DNA of 64,000 nucleotides, taken from NCBI GenBank assembly GCA_019828565.1, contig JAHDYR010000011.1, forward strand, positions 6,972 through 70,971, given 5' to 3'. Below, piece by piece: positions 10,261-20,793 of the stretch. The translations under genes and the position numbers were made by a program. The DNA comes from Carpediemonas membranifera BICM. Its lineage: Eukaryota > Protista > Fornicata. Within the stretch, counting starts at the first letter, position 1; the number at the start of each line of letters is the position of its first letter. Under the pieces are notes generated by a model. That model was not told the DNA's origin. It ran no database searches and saw only the letters and a program-made list of their open reading frames with translations.

Positions 10261-13200
10261 TAAAGCAGTGCACCCTTCACAAGGGGGTTGCCGTCCCGGA
10301 CACCGGACCACGCATGTCCGAGTAGCTGGCTCTGGCCATACCAGCAATTCGATCAAAGAATAGGAATGTTGCCTATACGCGCACAGGAGGCGGAACCCTG
10401 GCCTCCTGATGTTCCAGGACTCTCTGGAGAAGCCAATTCTGTACGTTTTTCCCTCCTTAGACAGCTCATTGCCGCCGTAGTATCGAAACATGAACAGCGC
10501 GTACCAAGAGGCAAGAAACAATACGTGAACAACTGTAAGACCTTCTTTTACACGGTAACAAGCATCCCCACGCTAAGATCCATCACATGTGTTTCTGGCC
10601 CAACCATAACCGTTCGCTTTTGGTGCGACCTCATTTCGGAGTTCGCCATCCTGTTGCATTGCCACTACAACACTTCCAGCATCAAAAAACATGCCAAGAA
10701 CATTGATACTGCATGCCCACTCATCCACGCTGTCTTCAAGCAGCTCTTCGTCGATCGCGTCGACATCATCGACGCATTTGATCCCGACACACTTGACTTT
10801 GTCGTCGATGATGCCCCCTCCACCACGCAACTACCGTCCCCTGAGATCCAACCGCCCAGCAGTCCTGTCCCCATGCTCTCGCCTGCCCCAACATCTCAAC
10901 CGAGCATCGCAACCCCTGCGCCGCACCTTGCTGTCCTCCATAACGCCACGACCGACCGTCCCACGCATTCCCACGGTCCTCTTAGTGCCAAAGAAGCCCT
11001 GGCTGTTGGCAAACGCAAACCTGCTAAGCAGGCTCAAGTACGTTTTGCCGATGAGTTTATCGCCCTTCTCAACAGCTACAACGATTCCGAAGAGGACTGC
11101 CGAGCAGGTAAGCTGCAAATGATCCTCAGCTACACACTGACGCTGCACACTCCTACTGCCACCAAAATGCCAACAACAGCAGCCGTTTCCGCGTCCAAGC
11201 AGGCCCTCATCATGTGCCAGCGCGGTTTCTACGCAAAGGCCCTGCAGTGCCTTACCGCCACGCGCGTAGCGCTTGCCGATGACGAAATCGACGCCGCGTT
11301 CGCCCGCCTCCTCCCCGTGCCCGCCACCCCGCTCCACCCTCTGACCGACATTGGTGCGTCACCGACGACGCCCCTGCGCCACATCGAGGTGTCCGCCAAC
11401 GCCATCAGCACAGTTATCCACCGCACCCGCTTCGACTCAGCGCCCGGGCCCTCTGGTCTCTCCTTCCTACACCTTAAGACAATGCTGCGCGCCCGCGGCA
11501 AGCTCTCCGGATCCCTTGTCCCCCTAATCCAAGATATTGTCAACGGCGAGCCTTGGACGGCCGCCCTCGCCCACGCCATACTTGTCCCCGTGCCCAAGAA
11601 TTCCGCAACAGACATCCGCCCCATCGCGATTGGCGAGTCCCTCCGCCGCATCGCTGGCCGCATACTTGCCAAGGCCGTCCGCGACCGCCTGGTGAAGGAC
11701 AAGATTTTCGTTGACCAATATGGCCTCGGTGAGAAATGTGGCGCCGAGCTCATGATCGCCAAAATGCGCGCCCTCCGCGCCAAAGGACAAACAATCGCTG
11801 CCTTTGACCTCACCAACGCATACGGCACGGTTTCGCGCCCCTATCTCCTCAGAGTTGTTGAAGAATATGCCCCTGTTGCCTCTGGCTATCTCCACACCAT
11901 GTACGAGAATGGTAACCTACACGCCACCACTGGAAGCACCTTCTCCTCCGACGAAGGCATCCAACAAGGCTGTCCCGTCTCTCCACTCGCCTTCTCACTG
12001 GCCATGATGCCGATCCTGGCCCAACTACGCCGTAAGTTCCCTCCCATCACCTGGCTCGCCTACCAGGACGACCTATACGCAATAGGCACCGATTTACCAA
12101 GCACTCTGGAGCCCGCTGTTGCCACCGCGGTCGCAGCAGCGGGAATGACCCTGAACAGCGCCAAGACCATCTGGTCTGGCCCCAGCGAAGACGCCTACCC
12201 ACTCAAGATCCCCCTGGGTGCAGACAGCTTCATCCAGGCCAAGTGGCAGGTCCTAGCCAGCAAGGTCAGCAACCGCCTTGCCGCCCTTGATGCCTGGCTG
12301 GATGCTGAAGGCCCAAACTCCGCACCATACGGCTTTATCATCCTCCGCACGTGTATTCTGCCCATGCTGAACCACTTCATGCGGGCTGTTCCGCCCTCCC
12401 ATGCCCATCTAGCCGACACTTTCGAGACCAACCACATATGGCCCACCCTGTCTCGCATCATCGCCGCCCCGGACGAGGCCAGAGCGCACGTCATGTGGCG
12501 CGCCGGCCTCGACAGTCACGCAGGCCTCGGCCTCGCACTCCCAAGCGCAGTATGGCACTCCGCCTACCTCGGCAGCTGCGCTTGCAGACCAAACTGCCAA
12601 TGAGATAGACCCCTCCGCCTTCGCTGTCCAGTGCAAGGACTGGCCCAAATCAGTCAAAGAGGTCAAGGACAAGCCCAACCCCCAGCACTACTTAACCAAA
12701 CTTCTGCGGCAGCAAGCCGCGGCTCAGCTGGGGGAGCAGCCACTCCCCGACCTTCACCCCCTCATCTTCACGATCCCCTACCCCCTCCATGCCGATGCGG
12801 AAGCCGAACTCCCACCTGGTGCCACCTTCCAGGCCCTTGCCAAGCGCCAGGTCGGCCTGCCTGCCTTCAACACCGGCGACCTGCCCCAATGCCCCATGTG
12901 TAGCAAGCCCCACCCTGATACTGAGCATCTGCTCGGCTGCCAGAACCTCCCGAACGGTCTCCGCAAGCGCCGCCACGACGACATGCGCGATGCCGCTCTC
13001 ACCCTCCTCCGCCGCGAAGGCGTCCCCGTCCACAAAGAGCAAAACCTCCGGCTCTTCCCGGCTGTCGAGCTTGTCGACGCACCCATCAACCCGAACGCCG
13101 ATATCCCTGCCGACCTGCTCATCACCCCGCCAAACGCCATGCCCACCGTCGTCGACCTGCGCGTCACCAACTACCGGTCGAGTGCGTACTCGGACAAGAC

Positions 13201-13596
13201 ACGCCATTACCGTGACTACCGCGTGACGGTCCTCCCAGCCATCTCGTCAATCTACGGCGAGACGGCCGTTACGAAGACCAGCGGCGCGAAGAAGGAGCGC
13301 CCCTGCTGGATCGCATCGCTCGCCGGCATCTGCGGCCTGTCCGAAGGCGCGACCGCCACCCTTCGCCGCGATGTCGCCCTCGCCCACTGGAACGGCAACG
13401 TTGCAGTCTGGGCCTCGATTCCCTTCCCACGCTCATAACCGACACTGGCTCCAACTCCGATCGGGTTTCACACTGCACCACCCAGCCACACACTGCCCGC
13501 GCCCAAGCCCGCCACACACGCGTCACCTGACGCCGAGAGTGGTTCCGAATTCTCGCGCCAGGGCGCTCGGATTCTCCCCCACCGTCCCATGTAAAT
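10261..13596 (+). mobile_element. CRE-like RLE non-LTR retrotransposon abutting the 5' end of tRNA-Asp
   Basis: RT+RLE ORF followed by a ~160 bp 3' UTR ending GTAAAT exactly before tRNA +1; 5' end cut by the Gypsy B LTR. Confidence 0.88.
10288..13438 (+). pseudogene. RT / CCHC / restriction-like endonuclease ORF, frameshifted near 12600-12900
   Basis: APGPSG, RPIAIGESLRR, DLTNAY, GIQQGCPVSP, YQDD; CPMC..HLLGC, RRHD, PADL...VVDLRV...K...Y. Confidence 0.88.
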
Positions 13597-13669
13597 TCGA
13601 TCATAGTATAGGTGGTTAGTATATCGCGCTGTCACCGCGGAGACCCGGGTTCAAGTCCCGGTGATCGAG
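13597..13669 (+). tRNA. tRNA-Asp(GTC)
   Basis: Acceptor stem TCGATCA/TGATCGA plus G73; anticodon arm TCGCG-CTGTCAC-CGCGG; T arm CCGGG-TTCAAGT-CCCGG; TTTT terminator directly downstream. Confidence 0.96.
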
Positions 13670-13933
13670 CTTTTACAACAAAATGTTTGCCGCTAGCTCT
13701 CCTAGCCGCCAGCTAGCTGTCCTAGCCTCTAGACATACTTGCTCTACCCAACGGGGATATCCCACCGGCAACGAGCATAGTGGAATGGCTTGCAGGCACG
13801 CTTGCGAGCCCAAACCGACCGTCTCCTCGAGAGACCGCGTCAAAGAATGTCTGTTGTGGCTTACATCTGCCGTTGTAACGCGTGTCAGCCCCACCCTACC
13901 TAGCTCTCCCAGCCACTAGCTCCCGTCAGAGAT

Positions 13934-15238
13934 TTAAAGTGGTGGTTGGAGAAGGATGGAGGCCAGGTGTCCCTGGACCCCCGGGTGTGTGCGGACCCCG
14001 TTGCCCATATATCTCAGCATGCTTTTCGTGGAGGCCCACGTCCCCATGGACAGGAGGACTTCGGTACTCGTGTGGGCTACCGCCAACTCCGTGGTGGCGC
14101 CCTTGCGGAATGAGTGCCACGAAATGTCGGTGCCGTACGCCTGGTGGATCCAGTGGCGAAGGGTTGACGCCGGTAGCGGCTTCGATAGTGAAATACCACC
14201 GGTTGAGGTGATCGCCCGCCAGATGAGGTCGTCGTCGCGGCGCGTTGCCGTGGGGACCCATGCCTTCAGGGCCCTTGCTGGGTTAAAGCGGGCCCACGAT
14301 TGGTTTGGTACCAGCTTGCGGACGCCTGTGGCAGTCTTAGTTCTCGCGAACAGAAGGAGGGCATTGCCATCAGCGTCGAACTCGACGTCTCTTCGTCTGA
14401 GCCCAAAGATCTCTGCGCCTCTACTCACGGTGATAAAGCAGAGAGCAGAAAAGAGGGCGGCCTGGAAGGCTTGGGGTGACTTCCGATGTCTGTCTATGAC
14501 CTTGCGGACTCTCGCGGACGTGACAGGCTTCGCACCCCCGGTCAGGCCTTCTACAGAGGCGACGTTCCGGGCGGCGGCGATTATCTGCTTGGCAGCGGTC
14601 GGGGGGCGCCAGTCAGACACGAGTGGGGCGGCCTCGCAAATCCAGTAGCCTTTCCTGTGTATCGACTGTGGGCCCGACGTGGTACCCTCGGTCAGAAGGA
14701 ACTCTTTGAGCTGTTGCGCGTGTGAGTGGCTCGCGTTGCGGGATTGGAGGAATTTGGCGACCCAGCCCGCTGCTGTGCGGCGCGACGATTCGTTTCTGAA
14801 ATGTGATAGTCGGTCGTCAGCGAGGAGGGCTTGGAACGGGTCCTCAGGATAAGCGCCACGAAGCGGATCTTGCCCTTGTCTGTCGCTGTCCAGGCTAGCT
14901 CGGACTGCAGGAGGTGTTTCGCCTGGACTCTGAGGTACAACTTGAGGGGTGTCAAACGTTTGATGGCTCGGACCTCGGGCGAGTTGAGGTCCGGGCACAG
15001 GACTATCGCCGCTGATCTCCAGTGTCGAGGGTTCCCAGTCTGGGTCGAGGCGCGTATTGTCTGGAGGCGACGACACGTCACTCCAAGAAGGGCTATAGGA
15101 GGAGCTATATAAATCCTGACTCCCCTCCAGTCCATCTGGAAGCCGTTGTCGTGGATTGACCAGGCTATTTCTGCAAAGCCTGGTAAGGCCAGAACCTTGT
15201 CGGGGCGTGCTGTGACGTCGATCTCGACCGGCCCCCAC
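13934..15238 (-). CDS. Tyrosine recombinase of DIRS-like element #1
   Basis: Catalytic motifs SRGAEI (R), RTKT (K), HSFRKG (HxxR), GTW...MLRY (W/Y). True start uncertain. Confidence 0.9.
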   Translation of the reverse strand: MGAGRDRRHSTPRQGSGLTRLCRNSLVNPRQRLPDGLEGSQDLYSSSYSPSWSDVSSPPDNTRLDPDWEPSTLEISGDSPVPGPQLARGPSHQTFDTPQVVPQSPGETPPAVRASLDSDRQGQDPLRGAYPEDPFQALLADDRLSHFRNESSRRTAAGWVAKFLQSRNASHSHAQQLKEFLLTEGTTSGPQSIHRKGYWICEAAPLVSDWRPPTAAKQIIAAARNVASVEGLTGGAKPVTSARVRKVIDRHRKSPQAFQAALFSALCFITVSRGAEIFGLRRRDVEFDADGNALLLFARTKTATGVRKLVPNQSWARFNPARALKAWVPTATRRDDDLIWRAITSTGGISLSKPLPASTLRHWIHQAYGTDISWHSFRKGATTELAVAHTSTEVLLSMGTWASTKSMLRYMGNGVRTHPGVQGHLASILLQPPL

Positions 15239-16710
15239 TTGCGCATGATGGTTTCCAAGACTTCTCGGGGTGACGACCAGTCGAGCTTGGCGAACCTGGA
15301 GAGCCTGTCCGCCTGGACATTCAGGTGTCCGGCAATATGGAAGCAGTGGACGTCGAGGCGCTTGGTTTCTGCCGTGTTGTAGATGTCCTGTAGGATCTGG
15401 TGTGCGGCTGGGGGAGGTTCGGCGATCCCCGTCTGTTTACCCAGCTGATGGCAGCTGAGTTGTCGGCAAAGACTGTGAGAGAGGAGCGTGACTCCTGCTG
15501 GGGCACGAGATTGATCGCCTGAGCGATCGCGAAGAGCTCCTTGACGCCAATGTGTTCCCCCTTGAGATGAGGGGGGGAAGGCACCCTGTGATGCCGCTCC
15601 CTTCTCCCCATTGAACAGGCATGCTCCCCAGCCGGACGTTGATGCGTCTGAGGTGACAGAAATCTGGAGCGTATCGCGTATTTCCCAGTCCGCTCTTGCT
15701 TCGGCGAACCTCTTGGGTGGGCGATCGCGGAGGAGGACTTGCCACGCCGCCAGCTGCCTGCGGATTTGGCTGGAGAGGTGGACGGTCTCCGTCGTAGGGG
15801 TGGCCTGCAGTGGTCTGAGTGCGAGGCGGGCGAACTGTGTGGTCCCTGCGAAGAATGACAGACGGCCTAGGAGCTTCTGCCAGTCTGAAGCTGTGATGGA
15901 CCCGACCCGGAGGGCCTTGGAGATCGTGGCCGTGTAGGCCTCGGCCTTGTCTTTTGAGATTCTTAGGGACTCGCTTGCGGTGTCTATGTGGACACCTAGG
16001 TAGTCTACCTGCTAGGTCGGCGTGAGGACGCACTTGTTGAGGCCCGGTATCGCCCCCAGCGATAGCATGAGGTCGATGATCTGCGGGGTGACCGAAGCTA
16101 GGTACGATGGGGAGGCATGGGACACTAAGAAGTCGTCGAGATAGACCGCGATGGTCACCCCGAACCTGTGTGCGATGATCTTTGCAAGCTGTATGGTCGT
16201 GCTCTGGAACACGTACGGCGCCGCTGTCCATCCGAAGCCGAGTGTGTTGTACCTGAATGCGCGGCCGTCCGGTAGGACCACGCCTAGGAGGGGGGAGTCT
16301 CGCGAGGCGACGCCAAGTTGGTGGTATCCCGATGCTAGGTCTATCTTGATCATGTAGTCGTTCTTGTGCAGATTGCGGACCGCCCGTCTGATGCCGAACA
16401 GACGAAACACCCTCAGCTCTGCTGTCAACTCGTTCAGGGCTCGGAGGTCGTGCACGGGGCGGACATCGTCTTTGCCCTTCGACACCGCGAACAGGGGTGC
16501 GCTGTGACGCAGTTCGTCTATCGGGCACGGGGAGAGGACGCCCTTGGCGACTAGCTCTTCGATCTTCGGGAGTAGGCGGGGGTCCACTCGCCTTTGCGGT
16601 TCTGGTGGAGGGGGCGCAGAGGTGAGGTGGATAGGGACGCCATCCCGCAGCCAGCTTACTACCTCGGGGGAGGCACCGAGTCTTGCCCACACCGGCCACT
16701 TTTTGTTCAT
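14692..16710 (-). pseudogene. RT-RNase H-methyltransferase-like pol of DIRS-like element #1 (stop at 16012, further frameshifts)
   Basis: IDLASGYHQ, LGFGWTAAP, YLDD; SDAS.SGWGA, KELFAI, FADNS, HIAGHLNVQADRLSR; WGPVEIDVTA...W...YIAPP. Confidence 0.88.
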
Positions 16711-16719
16711 TGACGGGAA

Positions 16720-17266
16720 CTGAACATCTGTGGCAAGGGCTACTTCTTGTGCTTCTTGTGAAACCCCCCTTTGTTCTGGGGCTGGTCCTTTCTCTTACCC
16801 TTGGCTCTGGCTTTGGCTGCGCAGTAGGAGATGGCACGGGGGTTTTGGTCTGGGACGTGTTGAACAAGTCGAGAAACAGTTCGCAGGTTGCGTCCGACCA
16901 GTTGTCGTCCTTGAGGTCCAGAAGGGTACGGCGTGCTTGGAGTTCCACCAGGAGTCTTGCTTTGAGCGGCTCGTCGTCGAGGGCGTTGACGATCACCATC
17001 ACGCGGCGAAGCCACTTTGCTTCCGCCTTAAGTGGTCTCTTTGTCGGAAGCTCGCCGTATGCATCCATCTCTGCCAGTGTTTGGTCAATATCCGCTTCAT
17101 CTTGTTCAGGGAAGAAATCAATTTGAGATTCCTTCGGCGGCTCGGTCTCGGGCGGCGGAGGAGGCGGATTAAGCTTTGCAAGCTGTTGCGAGATGGTAGC
17201 GATTGAGGCTTCTAGGTTATTGAGCCTCGTTGCCGTCGGATCTGGATGTTCCGAATTTTCTACCAT
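16720..17266 (-). CDS. gag-like ORF of DIRS-like element #1
   Basis: First ORF of the element with an N-terminal coiled coil; homologous to the gag of element #2 (ELP.K....EAK.LR..M). The frame stays open to 15437; the end given is approximate. Confidence 0.65.
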
Positions 17267-17389
17267 TCTGCCCGCATAAACTGCGCGGCTCGCCTGGTCG
17301 GCGCATCACCATGCCGGAGCGAGGCGATCTCATTGCCCTCCGCTCACGGCCCGTTACCCGAGGTAACCTGTCAGCGCGATGTAACGCCA

Positions 17390-17698
17390 GGCTAGCTATC
17401 CTAGCCTCATGACATTCTTTTCATTAACCGGGGGCGCTTAATTTACACAATGTTAACGAGGAAGCTAGTGTAAGTTAAACGTGAAGTCCTCTCCGCTTAC
17501 CGAGGGAGAAGGAGTATACCAGTCGTAACTGGTACCGTGCCGTCGGATCCGGCGGATCCGAACCTTGCGCCATTCTGTCCGCATAAACTGCGTGACTCGC
17601 CTGACCGGCGAAACACCTTTTGCCCGGAGTGAGGCTATCGCATCGCCCTCCGCTCCGGGCCCGTTACCCGAGGTAACCTTACTGACGATGTAGCGCCA
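17390..17698 (-). mobile_element. Mini (non-autonomous) YR-element unit B, head-to-tail upstream of DIRS #1
   Basis: Leader and first gag codons homologous to 17231-17389, then two hairpins and a CCCCC...ATGTC..AGGCTAGG end. Confidence 0.75.
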
Positions 17699-18048
17699 CC
17701 ATATTTGCCATATTTCATGGCCAACTAACATGTGTTCTTAATCCAAAGGTGCTCACTCACTCCAGAAGCGTTCGGAAACCTTTTTTCATCATCTGATTAG
17801 GCATCGGGAGTGCGGCCACAAACTCAAGTGACGGAACGAATTCGGTTGGAGTACTCAGATAATAGGTCCAAAATCAACAATAACAGCTCCCAAAACGGCT
17901 TCGTTCAGGAGTTATGGCGAATTCTTTCAGAACGAGTCCTTCGTCGTTAGAACTTCGTGGATCATGGCATCAGCGGCTCTAGCCTGCTTCGATGAACGCA
18001 ATTTTAGTAGTTGTATGTCTTTTCACGGCGAATCACTCGCCTCGTGGG

Positions 18049-18318
18049 CTATTGAAGTAGTCGCTCGGTGGTGCGACGAACAAAGGTTACATCTGTCCTT
18101 ATCGCCTGTCCGATGTAAGCGCGGAGACTCCGGACCTCCCGCCATGTCCCCATGGCAAGAAGAGCCACAAGGGGTGTACCAGAGACTGCAAGCTCGGACG
18201 CAGCGCCCTTTCGAAAGGAGTGCCATCCTGACCCTCGACCAAAGACCTGCTGAACATCGCGGAGTAGTCCCGTGGCAGAGCGCTCGCGCTTCCTGCTGTA
18301 CGCTCGGCTGCTAATCAC
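18049..18318 (-). pseudogene. 3' fragment of a third DIRS-like tyrosine recombinase
   Basis: WHSFRKGAASELAVSGTPLVALLAMGTWREVRSLRAYIG, similar to both full YR ORFs. Confidence 0.85.
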
Positions 18319-18327
18319 CTCTCTCCA

Positions 18328-20120
18328 AAGACGGAACGTCTACTCCAGCTCGCGAGGTACCCAGCAATGCTGGACACCTTTGTCGCCTCCTCTCGCCGTC
18401 CCCCTAGGTCCGCCCCCAACCGGGCCCGCACCCGCAGGAGCAAGCGTGCACTACTTCAAGCCAAGAGTGGCTACTTGGCAAGAGCAGTCAATACGCTCAT
18501 GTGCCCTGAGCAGTCCAATTCGGACGAGGAGGTCGACCGCGAGTTGGCGGAGCTGCAAGCACACCCCTCCCCTGATGGCCTCGAGGCTTTCTCTTGGTCA
18601 GACGTGCCAGCGGCCCCGTTATCGTCTATCACCATCTCCCGAAAGACCCTCAAGAAGAAAGCTCTTGGGTCCCTCCCCGCCGACAAGGCTCCCGGACCCA
18701 CCGGCCTGAGCTTCCTCCACCTGAGGGTAGCCTACAAGATCATGCGCAAGGAGCTCGTCGCAGCTCTCTTGCCGATCGTGCAGGCGATCATCGATGGTGA
18801 CAATAACTACGCAATCTTCAGCCACAGCATCTTAGTACCCATCCCGAAGAAGAACGGCAAGCTCCGTCCGGTAGCAATGGGAGAAGCCCTGCGCCGCATC
18901 GCGGCCAAGGCTGCTGCCGAAACTGTCCTGCCGAAGCTCCGCGAGGAGGTCTTCGTTGACCAGTTTGGGTTGGGAGAGAGCTGTGGTCTGGAGCGCATGG
19001 TCGCCATCACCAGCCGTCACTTCGACGACGGTGGTACGGTCCTATCCCTGGACCTGTCGAACGCGTACAATACCCTGAGCCGGGACTTCCTGCTGAGATG
19101 TGTCAGCACCTACTGTCCCGCCCTGGTTGACTACGTGAAGGGGCAGTACTCTTCGTCGCTGCTCCTCTCCACGTCGGGAGTCGTCCTTCGTTCAGAGGAA
19201 GGGGTTCAGCAGGGTGACCCGCTGTCTCCGCTTGCTGCCTTCGTGTCCGCGACTAAGTTCTGTCCAATCTGTGCCCTGAAGTCAGTAACCAATGCGGCAT
19301 CAGGCCAGTTGAACGTCGGAGCTGACCCCCGCCACGTGTTGGCCACCCCAGAGCATATGGTAACATGCAAATGCCTTCACGGAGGAGCCAAGACCACCGC
19401 CAGGCACGACACGATCGTCGAGAGTCTCTTCTCGGAGCTCTCAAACAACGGTGTCCCTGCCAGGAAGGAGTTCTGGCTCCGCCACTCCTCCCGTTACACG
19501 AAAGACCCCGACACAACGCACAGAGACGCCCGAGTTGACGTCTTCGCGTTCAACGACCGCGGCACGAACCCTACTGCCATCGATGTTGTGGTCTCGAACG
19601 AGTACCACGACACGGCTCGGAAGAAGCGTGAGCGGTACGCCCCGTGGAATGTTGATGTGATCCCGGCCGTAGTGTCCCTCGATGGGCGCTGCGGTAGGCG
19701 CTCAGAGATGGGCGGCCACGTGGTGACGGCAAACGGTTGGATGAAGGAGTTCACCGCTTTGATGAGCGGCAAGAACGCAACACGTGTTCATGAACGTGTT
19801 TTCGCAGCAATTTGGAGAGGAAACTGCCTCGTTGCCCGTGATTGGACTGAAGAAGCACGGCACGCGGTCGCTGTGCTTGCATCGCATGGCTACAACGCCT
19901 TTTGCGATGACTAATTGATATTGATTTCTTTTTCAGCGCTACTTTCCGTATTCGTTGCTTTCTAAGCGAAATTCCCGCATTCGGTGTCGAAGTGCCGAAA
20001 ATCTGCAACGCGCACTTTTAGGCCCAACGCCTCGTATCGCCCCCACACCACCCCGAGCGTGCCCACGAGCGACCACGACGTCGAACGAGCCCTCCGTGTG
20101 CTTCTCCGTAACGCTGACCG
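18328..20120 (+). mobile_element. 5'-truncated, internally deleted copy of the tRNA-Leu-associated RLE element
   Basis: Near-identical to 24777-27520 except for an in-frame 951-bp deletion (25680-26630) removing YQDD; same 3' end CTGACCG. Confidence 0.93.
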
Positions 20121-20191
20121 GAGCACCACTCGAGCCCATTGGCACCCGGGGTGCTGAGACGCCCGAGAGGGCGCACGGAAACGTGCAGTTT

Positions 20192-20764
20192 ATGGCATCA
20201 GAATTTCGAATGCCCGAAGGCACATCGGGCACGTCCGCAGAACCTCCTGTATCCCAGGAAGAGTTCCGAAAGTTTACCAACAACGTAACTGCCACATTGG
20301 AGTTCATGAAAACGAAGATGGAGAACATCGAGGAAAGATCCATCCAGAGGGAGGTAGAACAAGAAGAGTACGAGCTAGAAACCGATGAGCAAGCAACCCA
20401 GGGAACCTTCCAAGGCTTTCCGTCCTTCTTGTTCGATTTGGAGCTCCCCAAGAGGTACGGGCCCCGCGACGAAGCCAAGTTCCTACGCGAGATCATGCGT
20501 CTCCTGACGACCGCGGACCCGCACTCACTCGACGTGAACGATCTACTGCTCCGTCTCCTGAGCCGGTTCAAGGTCCTTCTCCTCAAGGACGACTACGACG
20601 ACAACGTCTGTGACTACGCCACTGCAGCCCTGCGAGCCACGCCCCCGAAGTCTGAGATGGAGATCGAGACGATCCTCGCTAAGGCCAAGACTAAGGGCAA
20701 GCGTAAGCGTCGGAATTTTCAGGAGCAGGGCTCCAGCAGCGTCGGCCGCCGGGCCCGCTCCTAA
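20192..20764 (+). CDS. gag-like ORF of DIRS-like element #2
   Basis: ATG within GCAGTTTATG, a motif shared with the element #1 leader; coiled coil; homology to the #1 gag. Confidence 0.7.
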   Translation: MASEFRMPEGTSGTSAEPPVSQEEFRKFTNNVTATLEFMKTKMENIEERSIQREVEQEEYELETDEQATQGTFQGFPSFLFDLELPKRYGPRDEAKFLREIMRLLTTADPHSLDVNDLLLRLLSRFKVLLLKDDYDDNVCDYATAALRATPPKSEMEIETILAKAKTKGKRKRRNFQEQGSSSVGRRARS

Positions 20765-20793
20765 TATTCCCATCAACCCGTTCGCGATGGCGG

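Larger units (their letters stand above)
13692..17406 (-). mobile_element. DIRS-like tyrosine-recombinase retrotransposon #1, degraded
   Basis: gag - RT/RH/MT-like - YR order; both ends carry the GCTAG-N5-CTAGC motif (17391-17405, 13712-13726, 13692-13706). Confidence 0.9.

Noticed and set aside
10200-10290. tRNA-Asp nt 1-13 duplication at the 5' end of the Asp element
   Set aside because: TCGATCATAGTAT is not present; the 5' end is interrupted by an LTR, so no TSD can be claimed.
17231-17720. Self-cleaving ribozyme (hammerhead/HDV) or spliced-leader RNA in the mini units
   Set aside because: No CTGATGA/GAAA core, no convincing HDV pseudoknot by eye and no Sm site; only the GGTAAG loop is suggestive.
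19955-20191. N-terminal extension of ORF 19955-20764
   Set aside because: Chance read-through from the RLE element 3' UTR into the DIRS leader; gag likely starts at 20192.
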